Shown here: positions 61,629 through 64,000 of the stretch, piece by piece
How positions within the stretch are numbered: position 1 is the stretch's first letter
Layout: each line of letters begins with the position of its first letter
From: Trichodelitschia bisporula
Lineage: Eukaryota
Reading direction: 5' to 3'
Assembly: GCA_010356995.1 (NCBI GenBank)
Contig: ML996702.1
Coordinates: forward strand, 679,609-743,608
Length of the DNA: 64,000 nucleotides
Program-made: the position numbers and the translations under genes
Notes under the pieces: model-generated
What the model saw: the letters and a program-made list of their open reading frames with translations, nothing else
Database searches by the model: none
What the model was told of the DNA's origin: nothing

Positions 61629-64000
61629 CTAATGCCTCTCATCCTCATCACCCCCCCCATCCCCACCACTCAAATCAACAACCGGCACCTCTGCCATCCA
61701 AACCGGCATACTCCCCACCGGCACAAACCGCACCCCAAAGCTCTCCCCAAGACACTTCCTCCCCAACGGCACCGGCCCCGGCACCCCCTTCCACACATCC
61801 CATTCAATCTTACACCCCCGCCCCTCAATATAACCCGGCGGTCCCCCCGGCCCCCAAACCGGCAAACTGGGTCCTCCACCCCTCTCCTTGTAAACAAACG
61901 TGCTGGGATCAACAGCCACATTCCACGCGGACCCATTCGTGATGCTCCAATCCCTAACCAGCACCGGCTGTCCGCCCGCCGCGGCGCCTTGACTGGAGTC
62001 GCGGTGGGGGGAGACGGTGACTAGCGGTTTTATGGAGAGGGCGTACAGGAGAGGGCCGTGGTGGAGGGCGATGGTGTTGTTGGCGCGCGGCTCAAGGGTG
62101 AGGGAGCGGGAGAGGTGGAGGGTGAAGGTTGAGGAGCCGGAGGGGAGGGTGAGGGTGTGCAGGCCGTTGGCTTCGGGGGAGACGCGCGTGAGGTCGGAGC
62201 CGGAGGTTATGCTTGCGGAGGTGGACCAGGTGGGGATGCGCAGGTGGAGGATTAGCGGGGACGAGGCGTTGACGGTGTAGGTCAGAACATCGCTGAACGG
62301 ATAATCCGTAACACACTCCACACTCATCCCATCCACCTCCAACCGACTCGGCCCGAGCAGCGTATGTGCAAACCCCCCCTCCATCCGCGCCCAACTCCCC
62401 GCCAAAAACTTCGGATACCCCTGCGGATGATTAACCGTACAACACGGATAATTCGGCTCGAGGCCATAAATATTCCCCAGCGGGTTGACATTCCAGTACG
62501 GCGTCTCGCCGGTGGGAGAATAGGCCCGCAAATCAGCGGCCCATGCCTGGTTTGGCAGGCTTACGTACTGGTGGCCCCAGTGGTCGGGGGTCAGGGCTGC
62601 GGGCAGCGCGTTGAAGGCGGCTTTTTCGGCGCGGTCGGCGAGGGAGGGGTCGCCGAGGGCGTGGTAGAGGTAGGTTAGGCTGTAGATTGTTTCGACGGTT
62701 GTGCAGAGCTCGGAGCCGTAGTAGGGTCCTAGGCCTTGGAGGCGCTCGTCGGCGAGGATGGTACCGCTGCTGGAGCCGTGGTGCGTGAAGGTCCAGTCTA
62801 CGGCGCGGCGGGCGGTGGTTAACTGGGTGGTGTTGGGGGAGAAGCGGTTTATTACGGCGCCGGTTTTGAGGCCTAGGGTTGGATTAGCGGGAGCTTCATG
62901 AGGGGAAGGGGAAAAACACACCCTGGCCGACGTTCACGCCGTGTTCGTAGGGGAAGTTGGCGCGGGTGTATTCGAGGGGGACACTATTCAGGTCCTCCTT
63001 GATATACACGCCCTCCTGGTACCACGCCGCCCAATCGATCGCGCCCTCGCGCAGCATCTCCAGATTTTCAAACAGAATCCCCTCCTGGCCCGCGGGGTCG
63101 TTCTCCAGCAGCCAGATCAGCGTAATCATCATATCCGCGACACGCACCCGGCCCCACCCATGATCCTCCTCACTCAGCGTATCCCCGCTCTTGAGCAAAT
63201 ACCCCGCCCCGCCATCGTGTAGCATGCTATTCATAAGCTTCACAAACCGATGCAACGGCGGGAGGACCTCCGCCCTCATGGCGGGCTCAGCCTCGCACAA
63301 CTGGATACACCCCAAGAAAAACGGATATCTTGCCCAGAAATTCCTCGCCGCCCCCGTCTCCGGGCCTATCCACCCATCACTCTGCTGTCTCGCCAACGCC
63401 GCGCGTACCGCATCGCGCACTTGGCCCTTCAGTCTCTCATCGTCCAGCCCATACGCCAGTGGCACGAGCCCGTTGAACCAGTACGGAAACGCCTCGTTGA
63501 GCCCGGAGTACTCCTGGTCGCCGCCAAGCCAGGTGCTGTGCGTTACGAAGCGGTAGAAGTCGGCTTCGTGGCCGGCGAGACCGGAGGCCATGGACTCGAG
63601 TTCGGAGCGCAGCCAGCCGAGGGGTTTGATGGTGCCGAGGGGGAGGGGGGTGTAGAGGAGGGGGGTTAGGGAGTGCTGGGGGGAGGACGGGTCTGCGGAT
63701 GAGGGGACGGCGGTGAGGAGGCCTGTGAGCTGTTAGCTGTGTGCTTTGTGATAGTGGTGACGAGCCGAAGCCGAAACCGACGCAGCCTCGCCGCACCGGC
63801 CGGCTCAGCTCCAAATGATAAACTTACCCGCCAGCAAGACCCAATACCATCGCACAAGGAAGAATGAAAGCAGCAAAGCCATGACCAAAACAATGCGCCA
63901 ACGCCGGTGTCTCTCGCGCCTCTTCCTCTCCTCCCTCCACCCCGCGCCGCCGTCCCCGCCCACACCTTTAAGCAACGGCATCCGCTCATCGTCACCCCCT
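61629..64000 (-). CDS. GH127-like (DUF1680) glycoside hydrolase; 5' end probably beyond the window
   Basis: PLPLGTIKPLGWL, EAFPYWFNGLVPLAY, YEHGVNVGQ, SELCTTVE, ADRAEKAAFNALP, YPCCTVNHPQG, GPLLYAL; first exon frame stays open to the window edge. Confidence 0.87.

Overview
Eukaryotic DNA from a filamentous ascomycete (Pezizomycotina-like): GC-rich, with ~45-60 nt GT-AG introns carrying CTAAC-type branch points. Conserved, compact gene blocks contain deuterolysin, tRNA-Leu(AAG), a DHA1-type MFS, dynactin p25, Arf6, mannose-6-phosphate isomerase, Sgf29, an Smr protein, Imp1, a second MFS, a PTH11-like receptor, a DJ-1/Hsp31 glyoxalase, a secretory lipase, a SET protein, DNA ligase IV, mitochondrial IF3/uL4/mL38, Bre2/Ash2 and a GH127-like hydrolase. 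These blocks alternate with decaying accessory islands. (i) 1-7 kb: repeats plus a 4-exon gene whose first exons and introns are tandem copies and which ends in a piggyBac-type Cys/His finger, with no transposase core. (ii) 20.8-26.4 kb and 34.8-38.6 kb: a Gypsy remnant and two diverged copies of the same two-gene pair, namely a fungal STAND N-terminal/HeLo-like gene carrying a variable number of an unnamed ~65-aa repeat, plus an unknown partner gene. (iii) 54-58.8 kb: four paralogous C2H2 zinc-finger genes at different stages of decay. All calls come from reading the sequence and recalling family motifs; no database searches were run. Some disablements could be assembly errors.
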